From positions 1,034-65,033 of IMG/VR virus record IMGVR_UViG_3300021399_000166: 64,000 nucleotides of DNA; one strand, written 5' to 3'. Origin of the DNA: a virus (Duplodnaviria; Caudoviricetes). Below the pieces are notes generated by a model. The model saw only the letters and a list, made by a program, of their open reading frames with translations, made no database searches and was not told the DNA's origin. The position numbers and the translations under genes are program-made. Positions 9,494 through 17,725 of the stretch are shown here, one piece after another. Within the stretch, counting starts at the first letter, position 1. The number at the start of each line of letters is the position of its first letter.

Positions 9494-12400
9494 ATGGCAA
9501 ATAATTCAACGAAACAAGTACATGTAAGTCCAGGTATTTATTTCTCAGAGAGTGAACTTCCTGTAGCAAGCAAATCACTTGGTATTACTAACTTAGGTGT
9601 TGCGGGTGAAACATTAAGAGGTCCTGCATTTCAACCGATTGAAGTAAGCACTTGGTCACAATATCAGAGTTATTTTGGTGGTACAAGTACTGAAAAATTC
9701 AGGGGTAGTCAATATCCGAAATACGAGTTACCTTATATAGCAAAAACATACCTTGAGCAGTCACAGAGTCTTAAGGTTTGTAGAATTTTAGGTCTTTCAG
9801 GCGTAAATGCAGGTCCTGCATGGATAATCACTGCATGGGGAGACACTGTTGGCGGCGATTACACAGAAGAAAAGCCAATGGTAGTTGCTGTATTACGTTC
9901 AAGAGGTGAACACAGAAAGGCAGCATTTGTTGCACCTGCCGACCCTGACAAAGGTATATGTACAGACCAATACGAATATGATAAAATTGTATATTTTGCA
10001 AAAAATATCAAATTGGTTCGTTCAAAGAGTCTTGTACTTATGGATGGATGTAATCCTGGTTTTGACCAAACAACAAACCAACTTACCATAAACGCTAATA
10101 ATTACGGTACGTTTGGACTTGAAGTAACACTTAATGACGGAAGTGAAACACCGAACACTAAAACATATTCAGTTTCATTTAACCCAAGTGACAAGAACTA
10201 TATTTATAACGTACTTGGTGGAGACCCTGAAAAGGGAGAAGCTGAAATCTATGTTGAAGAACTTTATGACATTGCATTGCGTCAGTTGATTGAAAGAGGT
10301 GAATTAAATACACTTGGTGAGGAAAGAGACTTGCCGATGTTTGAAATAACACATCTTATACCAAAGCACGCACCTGTAAATGCCATACTTATGGAAGATG
10401 AAAGTACTTTGCAGAGAAATGATGTTGGCAAACGTTTCTTATACAGTTCAACATATTCAGTCAATGAAGAAGACGGTTCTCCATTGAAAGTACACGTAAC
10501 TAATGATAACGGTGTTTCTTGGGTTGCACAAGACGGTGAGGTCGGACACATATACACTGTCGTTGCATATACGACTTCAACAGGTACACGTGAATATTAT
10601 TATGGCGAATATATAACAACAGAAGGTGAAGTAGAAATTAATGGCGAAACATTAGGTGAACCTACAATTTCAGAAGAGATTGTCAATGAATGTGTATATG
10701 TCAATGATGACGGTTTGTATTATATCAAGTCTGAAGAAGATTCTGATATAAAGCAGATAACACTTGACCTTAACGACTATAAAGAGCCTTATAGATACTC
10801 TTCAACTCCTTGGATTGTATCTGAAATAAAGGGTTCGGGTAATAATATCGAACTTTCAAAACTCTTCCGTTTCCATACAATTTCCGACGGTGATAATTCA
10901 CGACTTGAATGTAAGGTATCTATTGAGAACATTGATACTTTCAACGGAACTTTCGATGTATTAATACGTGATTTCAATGATACTGACGGCAGTCCGATTA
11001 TTCTTGAAAGATATAAAAACGTAAACCTTATTCCAGGTAGTCCAAACTATATTGCATTGAGAATTGGTTCATTTGATGAAACTTATGAGACAAAATCACG
11101 CTATGTAACTGTTGAAGTAAACGAAAATGATGCTACAAAGGCTTCAATTCCTGCGGGCTTCTTGGGCTTCCCTGTACGTAATTATGAAGGTACTGCATTG
11201 GGTAAGAATTTCGATAATGTTGAATTACAGAAGCCATACTTCCAATACAATACAACAATTTATGATGAAATACGTGAGAAAAAACAGTATTTTGGTATGT
11301 CTGACCTTACAGGCGTAGATGAAGATGTATTAAAATACAAGGGCGTTGAAGCATATAATGACGACCCTAAAGGACTTACACCTTCATTCCACCTTGATTC
11401 ACGTATCCTTTCAGGAAAACCTGATAAAGATACTGGTAAGGTTGTAAGTAATGGTATTGAGCAAACCGTAAGTGTTGATGGTATTGCAGGTTATGAATGG
11501 GTAACTGTTGATAAGACTAATACTGTCGGTAACTATGGAATTGAACCACGTATCGGTACAGAAGAGGAAATGTACAATACAATATATGAAGACAAACGTT
11601 GGCGTAAGTTTACCGTTTACTTCTATGGTGGTTTTGACGGTTGGGACTATTATAGAACAAGCCGTTCAAACAGTGATGAGTTCAAATATCAGAAATATCG
11701 TGGAGAAATTGATAGCGTAAGCGGTGAGGGTAAAAACTTCTCTCTGATATATGACGCTGAAAAATATGGTCTTGATATACCAGGCAAAGCAATTACTTCC
11801 GATTGGTATGCTTACCTTGCAGGTATCAGACAGTTCGCTAATCCAAAGGAAACCGATATTAATGTATTCGCAACTCCGGGTATAGATTATGTTAATAACA
11901 ACTTGCTTGTAAGCGAGGTTATTGAAATGATTGAAGAGGAACGTGCTGACAGTATCTATGTCATAACAACACCTGATAAACCATTCGGTGCAGGAGATAC
12001 CAAATTGGAAATGTATAGTCCAAACGAAGCCGTTGCAAATCTTGAAGCAAGTAATATTGACAGTAATTGGGCTTGTACGTACTACCCTTGGATAAAGTAC
12101 TATGACAGTTCAAATAGTCAGTATATCTATCTGCCACCTACAAAAGACGTTGTAAAGAACTTTGCATTTACAGATAATACTTATGCACCTTGGTATGCGT
12201 CGGCAGGCTGGAATCGTGGTTTAACTGACGGTGTTAAATCAAAGAAGAATCTTGTACTTTCAGAACAGGACGAACTTTACAGCGGTCGTATCAACTTTAT
12301 TAACAACTTTGCTGATGAAGGTATGAGAATTTGGGGTGATAATAACCTACAAATCGCAGAAAGTAATGCACATATGAACAAGATTTCAAAGAGACGTTGT

Positions 12401-12688
12401 CTTATACGTTTGAGAAAACTCATATCAATTGCTTGTATCGGTTTGATATTTGACCCGAATGACGCAACGACAATAACAACGTTCAGAACGGCAGTAAATT
12501 CAATACTTGAAGACTTTGTTAGCAAGAGAGCAATAGTTGATGCAAAACTTGTGATAGATGAATCAATCGAAGCAAGAGACAGACTTGAACTTAATGCACA
12601 GATTCTTATTAAGTTTATGCCAAATGCCGAATATATAAATATCGGCCTTGTGGCCACGCCAAATGGTGTGTCATTCGACGACATCTAA
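9494..12688 (+). CDS. Tail sheath protein
   Basis: N-terminal SPGIYFSE..G.T..GPAF.P; C-terminal PWYASAGWNRG, RIWGDNNL, RRCLI.L, AEYINI. Confidence 0.92.
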   Translation: MANNSTKQVHVSPGIYFSESELPVASKSLGITNLGVAGETLRGPAFQPIEVSTWSQYQSYFGGTSTEKFRGSQYPKYELPYIAKTYLEQSQSLKVCRILGLSGVNAGPAWIITAWGDTVGGDYTEEKPMVVAVLRSRGEHRKAAFVAPADPDKGICTDQYEYDKIVYFAKNIKLVRSKSLVLMDGCNPGFDQTTNQLTINANNYGTFGLEVTLNDGSETPNTKTYSVSFNPSDKNYIYNVLGGDPEKGEAEIYVEELYDIALRQLIERGELNTLGEERDLPMFEITHLIPKHAPVNAILMEDESTLQRNDVGKRFLYSSTYSVNEEDGSPLKVHVTNDNGVSWVAQDGEVGHIYTVVAYTTSTGTREYYYGEYITTEGEVEINGETLGEPTISEEIVNECVYVNDDGLYYIKSEEDSDIKQITLDLNDYKEPYRYSSTPWIVSEIKGSGNNIELSKLFRFHTISDGDNSRLECKVSIENIDTFNGTFDVLIRDFNDTDGSPIILERYKNVNLIPGSPNYIALRIGSFDETYETKSRYVTVEVNENDATKASIPAGFLGFPVRNYEGTALGKNFDNVELQKPYFQYNTTIYDEIREKKQYFGMSDLTGVDEDVLKYKGVEAYNDDPKGLTPSFHLDSRILSGKPDKDTGKVVSNGIEQTVSVDGIAGYEWVTVDKTNTVGNYGIEPRIGTEEEMYNTIYEDKRWRKFTVYFYGGFDGWDYYRTSRSNSDEFKYQKYRGEIDSVSGEGKNFSLIYDAEKYGLDIPGKAITSDWYAYLAGIRQFANPKETDINVFATPGIDYVNNNLLVSEVIEMIEEERADSIYVITTPDKPFGAGDTKLEMYSPNEAVANLEASNIDSNWACTYYPWIKYYDSSNSQYIYLPPTKDVVKNFAFTDNTYAPWYASAGWNRGLTDGVKSKKNLVLSEQDELYSGRINFINNFADEGMRIWGDNNLQIAESNAHMNKISKRRCLIRLRKLISIACIGLIFDPNDATTITTFRTAVNSILEDFVSKRAIVDAKLVIDESIEARDRLELNAQILIKFMPNAEYINIGLVATPNGVSFDDI

Positions 12689-12707
12689 TTGATAATCAAT
12701 AAGTTAT

Positions 12708-12749
12708 AAAAAGGAGTGGTTTCTTAAAGAAATTGTTCCTTTTTATTTT
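12708..12749 (+). terminator. Intrinsic terminator after sheath
   Basis: AAGGAGTGGTTTCT-taa-AGAAATTGTTCCTT stem with G-U pairs, then a T-run. Confidence 0.5.
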
Positions 12750-12851
12750 GCTTTTATACGAAAAATAAACAAGTATATGGATTAAATATACTTTTTTGTT
12801 AAACAGAACTATTTATATTTAAATAAAGTAAATTATTATATTGTAAATAAT

Positions 12852-13220
12852 ATGAGACGAACAAAAGATAATTTCGGTGCAATTAATGAAATGAGAAATA
12901 GTTTGAATAAAATAAAGAAACTTACATTGGAAAGTTTCATTATGCCTGAAAAAGAAGAAGAAACATATGGTGCGGAGGAAGGAATTACACAAGAAACACC
13001 ACAGGAAGAAGAGGGAGTAGCAAAACAGGATATTCAAGGTCTGAGCAATATTGAAAAGGAACTTATTGAAATAAGAAAAATTGCCTTGAGTGTGATTAAT
13101 CGTCTCGCCGACCAAACAAATTCAGAAAGTTATGACACAATGAAACGTATTTGGTCACTCGTTGACAAGGCAATTGAAAGTAAAAACAATGAGGACAAGT
13201 TTAGCGGTTCTCAAAACTAA
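12852..13220 (+). CDS. Hypothetical protein (possible head internal protein)
   Basis: 122 aa, acidic, INE/TLE motifs near the N-terminus, preceded by CTATTTAT. Confidence 0.65.
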   Translation: MRRTKDNFGAINEMRNSLNKIKKLTLESFIMPEKEEETYGAEEGITQETPQEEEGVAKQDIQGLSNIEKELIEIRKIALSVINRLADQTNSESYDTMKRIWSLVDKAIESKNNEDKFSGSQN

Positions 13221-13264
13221 GTTTTGATAATTTCTTGGGGTAAACTTTGACCCCGTTATAGTAT

Positions 13265-13298
13265 AAATGCAGTCTTATTGATTGCATTTTTCTTTTTT
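13265..13298 (+). terminator. Intrinsic terminator
   Basis: AAATGCAGTC-ttatt-GATTGCATTT then a T-run. Confidence 0.65.
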
Positions 13299-13432
13299 AT
13301 CATTCATTTCTCATATAATTTTTAATAAAAATACAGAAATTTAAGTTATTTTACAAAAAAAAGTAAAAATATCAAAGGAACTAATATTTATAAATAAAAT
13401 AAATAAAGAATAAAATAAAAATAAATATAGTT

Positions 13433-13921
13433 ATGTCAGACCTTTTATTGAAAGCTCCATTAGAGTACGAACCCTTAAGAAAAAACAGATTCCTTCTCCG
13501 TTTCCCATCGGATTTAGGAATACAGGAGTGGTGGGTAAGTAATGCTTCAAGACCAACAATAACCAACAATTCAACCGAAATACCTTTCCTTAACACTTCA
13601 ACTTGGGTTGTGGGTCGATATGTATGGGAAACAATAAGTGTTACACTGAGAGACCCTATTGGACCAAGTGCTTCACAGGCAGTAATGGAATGGGTTCGTT
13701 TGGCTTCGGAAAGTGTAACAGGTAGACAGGGATATGCTGTGGCATATAAACGTGATTTGGTCATCGAGATGCTTGACCCTACGGGTGTTGCTGTTTCGCA
13801 GTGGGTTTTAAAGAATTGTATGCCTACGACTGTTGGTTTCGGCGACCTTGGTTATGATGATGATTCACTTGCAACAATTGAAATCACGATACAACCTGAC
13901 TATTGTATTTTGAGTTTCTAA
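13433..13921 (+). CDS. Tail tube protein (T4 gp19-like)
   Basis: EPLRKNRFLLRFP, RP.I, W.TI.VTL.DPI, LDPTG..V..W.L.NC, L.YD. Confidence 0.9.
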   Translation: MSDLLLKAPLEYEPLRKNRFLLRFPSDLGIQEWWVSNASRPTITNNSTEIPFLNTSTWVVGRYVWETISVTLRDPIGPSASQAVMEWVRLASESVTGRQGYAVAYKRDLVIEMLDPTGVAVSQWVLKNCMPTTVGFGDLGYDDDSLATIEITIQPDYCILSF

Positions 13922-13945
13922 TAGGAAAAATAGTGGGGAAAAGAG

Positions 13946-13982
13946 ATAAAGATATCATTTTATGGTATCTTTATTTTGTTTT
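13946..13982 (+). terminator. Intrinsic terminator after tube
   Basis: ATAAAGATATCA-tttta-TGGTATCTTTAT then a T-rich tail. Confidence 0.65.
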
Positions 13983-14032
13983 ATGAGGAATTTCATTTAT
14001 ATTTACAAATATGCTTTTTATTTTTATAGATT

Positions 14033-14626
14033 ATGAAACAAGTTATACCAAATTCAATAAAAAAAGATAAACCAAATAGAAAGAAAAAGCCGAAATCCAA
14101 TTATAAGGCATATCATGGTGGTAAACCTTTCAGACAGAGGAGGAAGATAAATCAAAAATACGGTACAAGCAAATTAGAAATAGATTTTGCAAAGGATTTT
14201 TTAGATAAAATGAATTTGACATATATATATGAATATGAGGCAAAGGATATAAAGAGATTTTATGATTTTGCACTTACATGTTACGATGATGTCAAGTATG
14301 AATATGAAGAAAAAGATGGCGTTAAGTGTGTGAAACAAGAAGGACAGTTTTTCCCGATAACATTTTTGATTGAGATTGATGGTTCATATTTTCACTCAGA
14401 CCCAAGGGTTGTAAGTGAGGACAAGATAACCCCGATGCATAAGCATAATATGTTTGTTGATAAATTGAAAGACCAATGGGCAGCATTGCATGGTATACCC
14501 TTGCTGAGAATTTGGGAATATGATATAAAGAATAATCCCAAGAAAGTGAGGGAAGAAATAGAAAAATATATTAAATGTGGAAAAAAGAAAAAAGAGATAA
14601 ATGAAAATAAAAAAAGACCACATTAG
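14033..14626 (+). CDS. Vsr/DUF559-like PD-(D/E)xK endonuclease
   Basis: SKLE, FYDF, IEIDGSYFH, D..KD..A...G..LLRIWE. Confidence 0.8.
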   Translation: MKQVIPNSIKKDKPNRKKKPKSNYKAYHGGKPFRQRRKINQKYGTSKLEIDFAKDFLDKMNLTYIYEYEAKDIKRFYDFALTCYDDVKYEYEEKDGVKCVKQEGQFFPITFLIEIDGSYFHSDPRVVSEDKITPMHKHNMFVDKLKDQWAALHGIPLLRIWEYDIKNNPKKVREEIEKYIKCGKKKKEINENKKRPH

Positions 14627-14705
14627 TTATGGTAATTATATACAATTTGACAAAAAAGCAGAAAATGATTATTTATTATAAATAAAAAATAAATATTGCA
14701 AAACT

Positions 14706-15173
14706 ATGGATTTAAACTGTAAAAATTGTAAACCAGCATCAAATGATACTGATGTAACTATTGGTAATTCTGTAAAATATAACCCTCAATTTAGTCAAAA
14801 TAACCGTTTCATCGTAACATTCTGTGATGATATTATTCCTGCACATATTGTATCAAGTGTCAAAATATCGCCGATTCATTATGATACCGATGTTGCAAAA
14901 ACAATGGACATAGTTTTTACCCAACAATCATGTTATGGTGATGCTTTTTTCCATAAGGCATGTGAGAAAATAAATAATAGCATTCATGGAATAGACATTT
15001 TTATCACCAATTTCGATGAAACTGGTGAAGAAATCAATAGAAATCTTTATCATAATTGCAGAGTTAATTTTTTAGAACCTGATTATTATGATTATAGTAA
15101 TAACAATCATAGATTATGTCGTATCAGTTTTAAGTATGAAGATATAATTAATATTGAAAAAACAGAACGATAA
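14706..15173 (+). CDS. Divergent tail-tube-like protein
   Basis: P...NNRF.V.F start; D.TG......Y.NC...L.PD.YDY..N......I.F.Y mirrors the tube motif order. Confidence 0.55.
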   Translation: MDLNCKNCKPASNDTDVTIGNSVKYNPQFSQNNRFIVTFCDDIIPAHIVSSVKISPIHYDTDVAKTMDIVFTQQSCYGDAFFHKACEKINNSIHGIDIFITNFDETGEEINRNLYHNCRVNFLEPDYYDYSNNNHRLCRISFKYEDIINIEKTER

Positions 15174-15793
15174 TGAAAGTAACATTATACATACCATTTG
15201 CAAATGGTGATGCCGTCAATGGTTTCAAATATGAAGGAGAGGAACTGACAGCAAAAAAATATATCAAGATGGAAGAAGATGAGTATTATGGTCATAGACG
15301 TAGTGTTGACCATATGGTCATAACAAGTCTTGGTAATAATATGTCATATAATGATTATGAAAAACGTAAGATAAATGTCAAGAATCAGACATATGCTTTC
15401 CATCGTTGCAATGGCAATATAAGAAATATTGACGGTAGTGATACAAATACTTCGCAACTTGAACGTTTATGGGCAAATAAGGAACAGTTTGCCTTATATA
15501 TTTATTTAGATGCACAGGAATTTTCAAAGAAACCCGATTTGGAGACTGACCTGAAAATGTGGATACAGGATAGTCAGAAAATAATGAAAATCGGAAGCCT
15601 TAGCGATGAAGAAAAGATGTTCCATTTGCCTAAAAAAGACTTCAAGATAGATTTTGACGAGGGTAAGACACATGCCGTATTGAAAAATTGTAAGTTTGCA
15701 AAACTCCTTTCTTCAATTAAAAAGGCTAATGGTGAACCTACAATAACATCTTTTGCAATGATTATTGAAAGAATTATATTTACTAAGAAATAA
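15173..15793 (+). CDS. Hypothetical protein
   Basis: 206-aa ORF coupled to the upstream gene by a TAATG overlap. Confidence 0.7.
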   Translation: MKVTLYIPFANGDAVNGFKYEGEELTAKKYIKMEEDEYYGHRRSVDHMVITSLGNNMSYNDYEKRKINVKNQTYAFHRCNGNIRNIDGSDTNTSQLERLWANKEQFALYIYLDAQEFSKKPDLETDLKMWIQDSQKIMKIGSLSDEEKMFHLPKKDFKIDFDEGKTHAVLKNCKFAKLLSSIKKANGEPTITSFAMIIERIIFTKK

Positions 15794-15814
15794 CAAATAA
15801 ATCTAAGAAATTAT

Positions 15815-17485
15815 ATGGCAGACATTATTAATCCAAACATAACGGAAGAGAAAAGAAAACGTCAGTTGGCTATCTTAAAGGCTTCGAATGAACTTTTGAG
15901 AGAGTCAAAGGAAAAGGCATTAAAACATAATGAGGGTGATAATTTGAAAATTGCTTCTTTGGAACAAGAATTTGGAAAAGCAATTGAGGACAACAATGCA
16001 CAAGCACGTAATTATTTACATGCAACAATGGATGAAGTCGAAAATTCGGAATACCGTGAGGCAAGCAAGGGTGAGATTGAAAAATACAAACATCGTCTTG
16101 AAGTAATGGGCAAGACTGATGAAGAAATGCATAATAAAATGACTGCATATGCAACAACGAACAAGACAAAAACTAAAAAGAATGATAAAGCAAGAAGGCA
16201 AAGACTTGGTAGTAAAAAAGATGTTGTAGATGAGGAAATTGTACGTCTTGACAATGAAGAAGAAATAATGAAGTCGATGATGGTAAAGGATGAAAAGGAT
16301 ATTGAGAATAATATCAAGAGAAAAGAAGAATACCTCAAGACAAGACGACAGAGATATAATAGCAAAATGGCTAATATAGAGGATGATTTTATTGAAATAA
16401 TGAAACCAAATAAAGTCAATACAGTTGATGAGACTAAATTAAAGAGGGCAGAGGTTAAAAATGAAATAAAGAAAGAAAATAAAAAGGAAACAAATGCCGT
16501 CGCTCAGACAACGGAGGCTTCTGTCATTGAGAAAACTGCAAAAAAGCATAAAGAAAAAGCGGTTGAATATGATTTCAACTTTGCAGACATACCAAGTTGG
16601 GTACAATATGATGTGATACCGCTTCCTTCAAACGGAGAGTGTTACCCAAAGGACAATCCATTAAGATGTGGACATATACCTGTTGCATATCTTACAGCAG
16701 CAGATGAGAATATCATGGCTTCACCAAATGTTTATCGTGACGGAAAATTACTTGATATCATTTTGGAGAGAAAGATACTTGACAAGAGAATCAATGTCAA
16801 AGATTTGTGTAGTGGTGACAGGGATGCCATTATATTGTGGCTTCGTGCAACGTCATATGGCGATGATTTTCCGATTGTTACAACAAATCCCGAAAATGGC
16901 AAGAGATACAATCTGACAATTAAGTTGTCACAGTTCGATTATCTTGATTTTGATTTGGAAGGCGATGATGACGGTCTGTTTACATATGAAACAGAAAATG
17001 GTGATATTATCAAATTCAAATTCCTTACCAACGAGGACGAGGAACACATAAAGGATGAGATTGCATCAGAAATGACTGACTATAACAAGTTAAATACTAT
17101 CAAGGCAATCAGTAACTTGGAAATATTGTTGGCAGAGAATGAAGTCGGTGATGATGAACGTGAAATGCTTAATGAAGATATTGGTGAAATTAAGGAAATT
17201 GTTGGAACTGATATTAAGGATATTGATGAAACAGTTTATCCAAACATAGTTACGGAACAAATGACTTCAATTATTAAGTCAATTAATAATAATACAGATA
17301 CAGAATTTATACATAATTATGTTGATAATATGCGTACCAAAGAGGCAATGAAATTGCGTAACTATGTGTCAGAACATAAACCCGGTGTGGATTTCAGATT
17401 TGATGTTAATGTTCCTGAGAGCGATGGAGGTGGCTCTTATACCACGTTTCTTACAATCTCAGATACTATTTTCATTAACATCTAA
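15815..17485 (+). CDS. Tail/baseplate assembly chaperone (T4 gp26-like C-terminal domain) with charged N-terminal extension
   Basis: IPLPSNG.CY, YLTAADENI, DL.SGDRDAI..WLR..SYG; sits directly before the tape measure gene. Confidence 0.7.
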   Translation: MADIINPNITEEKRKRQLAILKASNELLRESKEKALKHNEGDNLKIASLEQEFGKAIEDNNAQARNYLHATMDEVENSEYREASKGEIEKYKHRLEVMGKTDEEMHNKMTAYATTNKTKTKKNDKARRQRLGSKKDVVDEEIVRLDNEEEIMKSMMVKDEKDIENNIKRKEEYLKTRRQRYNSKMANIEDDFIEIMKPNKVNTVDETKLKRAEVKNEIKKENKKETNAVAQTTEASVIEKTAKKHKEKAVEYDFNFADIPSWVQYDVIPLPSNGECYPKDNPLRCGHIPVAYLTAADENIMASPNVYRDGKLLDIILERKILDKRINVKDLCSGDRDAIILWLRATSYGDDFPIVTTNPENGKRYNLTIKLSQFDYLDFDLEGDDDGLFTYETENGDIIKFKFLTNEDEEHIKDEIASEMTDYNKLNTIKAISNLEILLAENEVGDDEREMLNEDIGEIKEIVGTDIKDIDETVYPNIVTEQMTSIIKSINNNTDTEFIHNYVDNMRTKEAMKLRNYVSEHKPGVDFRFDVNVPESDGGGSYTTFLTISDTIFINI

Positions 17486-17654
17486 TTTCGACCGAAGTCT
17501 GAAAGAAGAAATATGGCTCTGTCATAAGTATATGGATTTATCAATGGAAGATATAATGAAAATGACAACAGGTGATAGAAAAACATATATAATGATGCAT
17601 AACAGACTTTCAGAGAAAGAAAAAGAACGTTTAGAAAAGAGAAAAAGAAGATAA
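17469..17654 (+). CDS. Overlapping-frame ORF, probable frameshift extension of the chaperone (lambda gpGT-like)
   Basis: FSLTSNFDRSLKEEIWLCHKYMDLSMEDIMKM...RK.Y in the +1/-2 frame overlapping the chaperone stop, with no Met at its apparent start. Confidence 0.55.
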   Translation, partial: FSLTSNFDRSLKEEIWLCHKYMDLSMEDIMKMTTGDRKTYIMMHNRLSEKEKERLEKRKRR

Positions 17655-17725
17655 AACTAATAATAGTTCCTTAACGTTTTCGTTTTGGAACTATTTATTG
17701 TTAATAATCAATAGAATACATTTTT

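Noticed and set aside
13237-13254. GGGGT/ACCCC hairpin
   Set aside because: A 5-bp stem alone is too little to assign any function.
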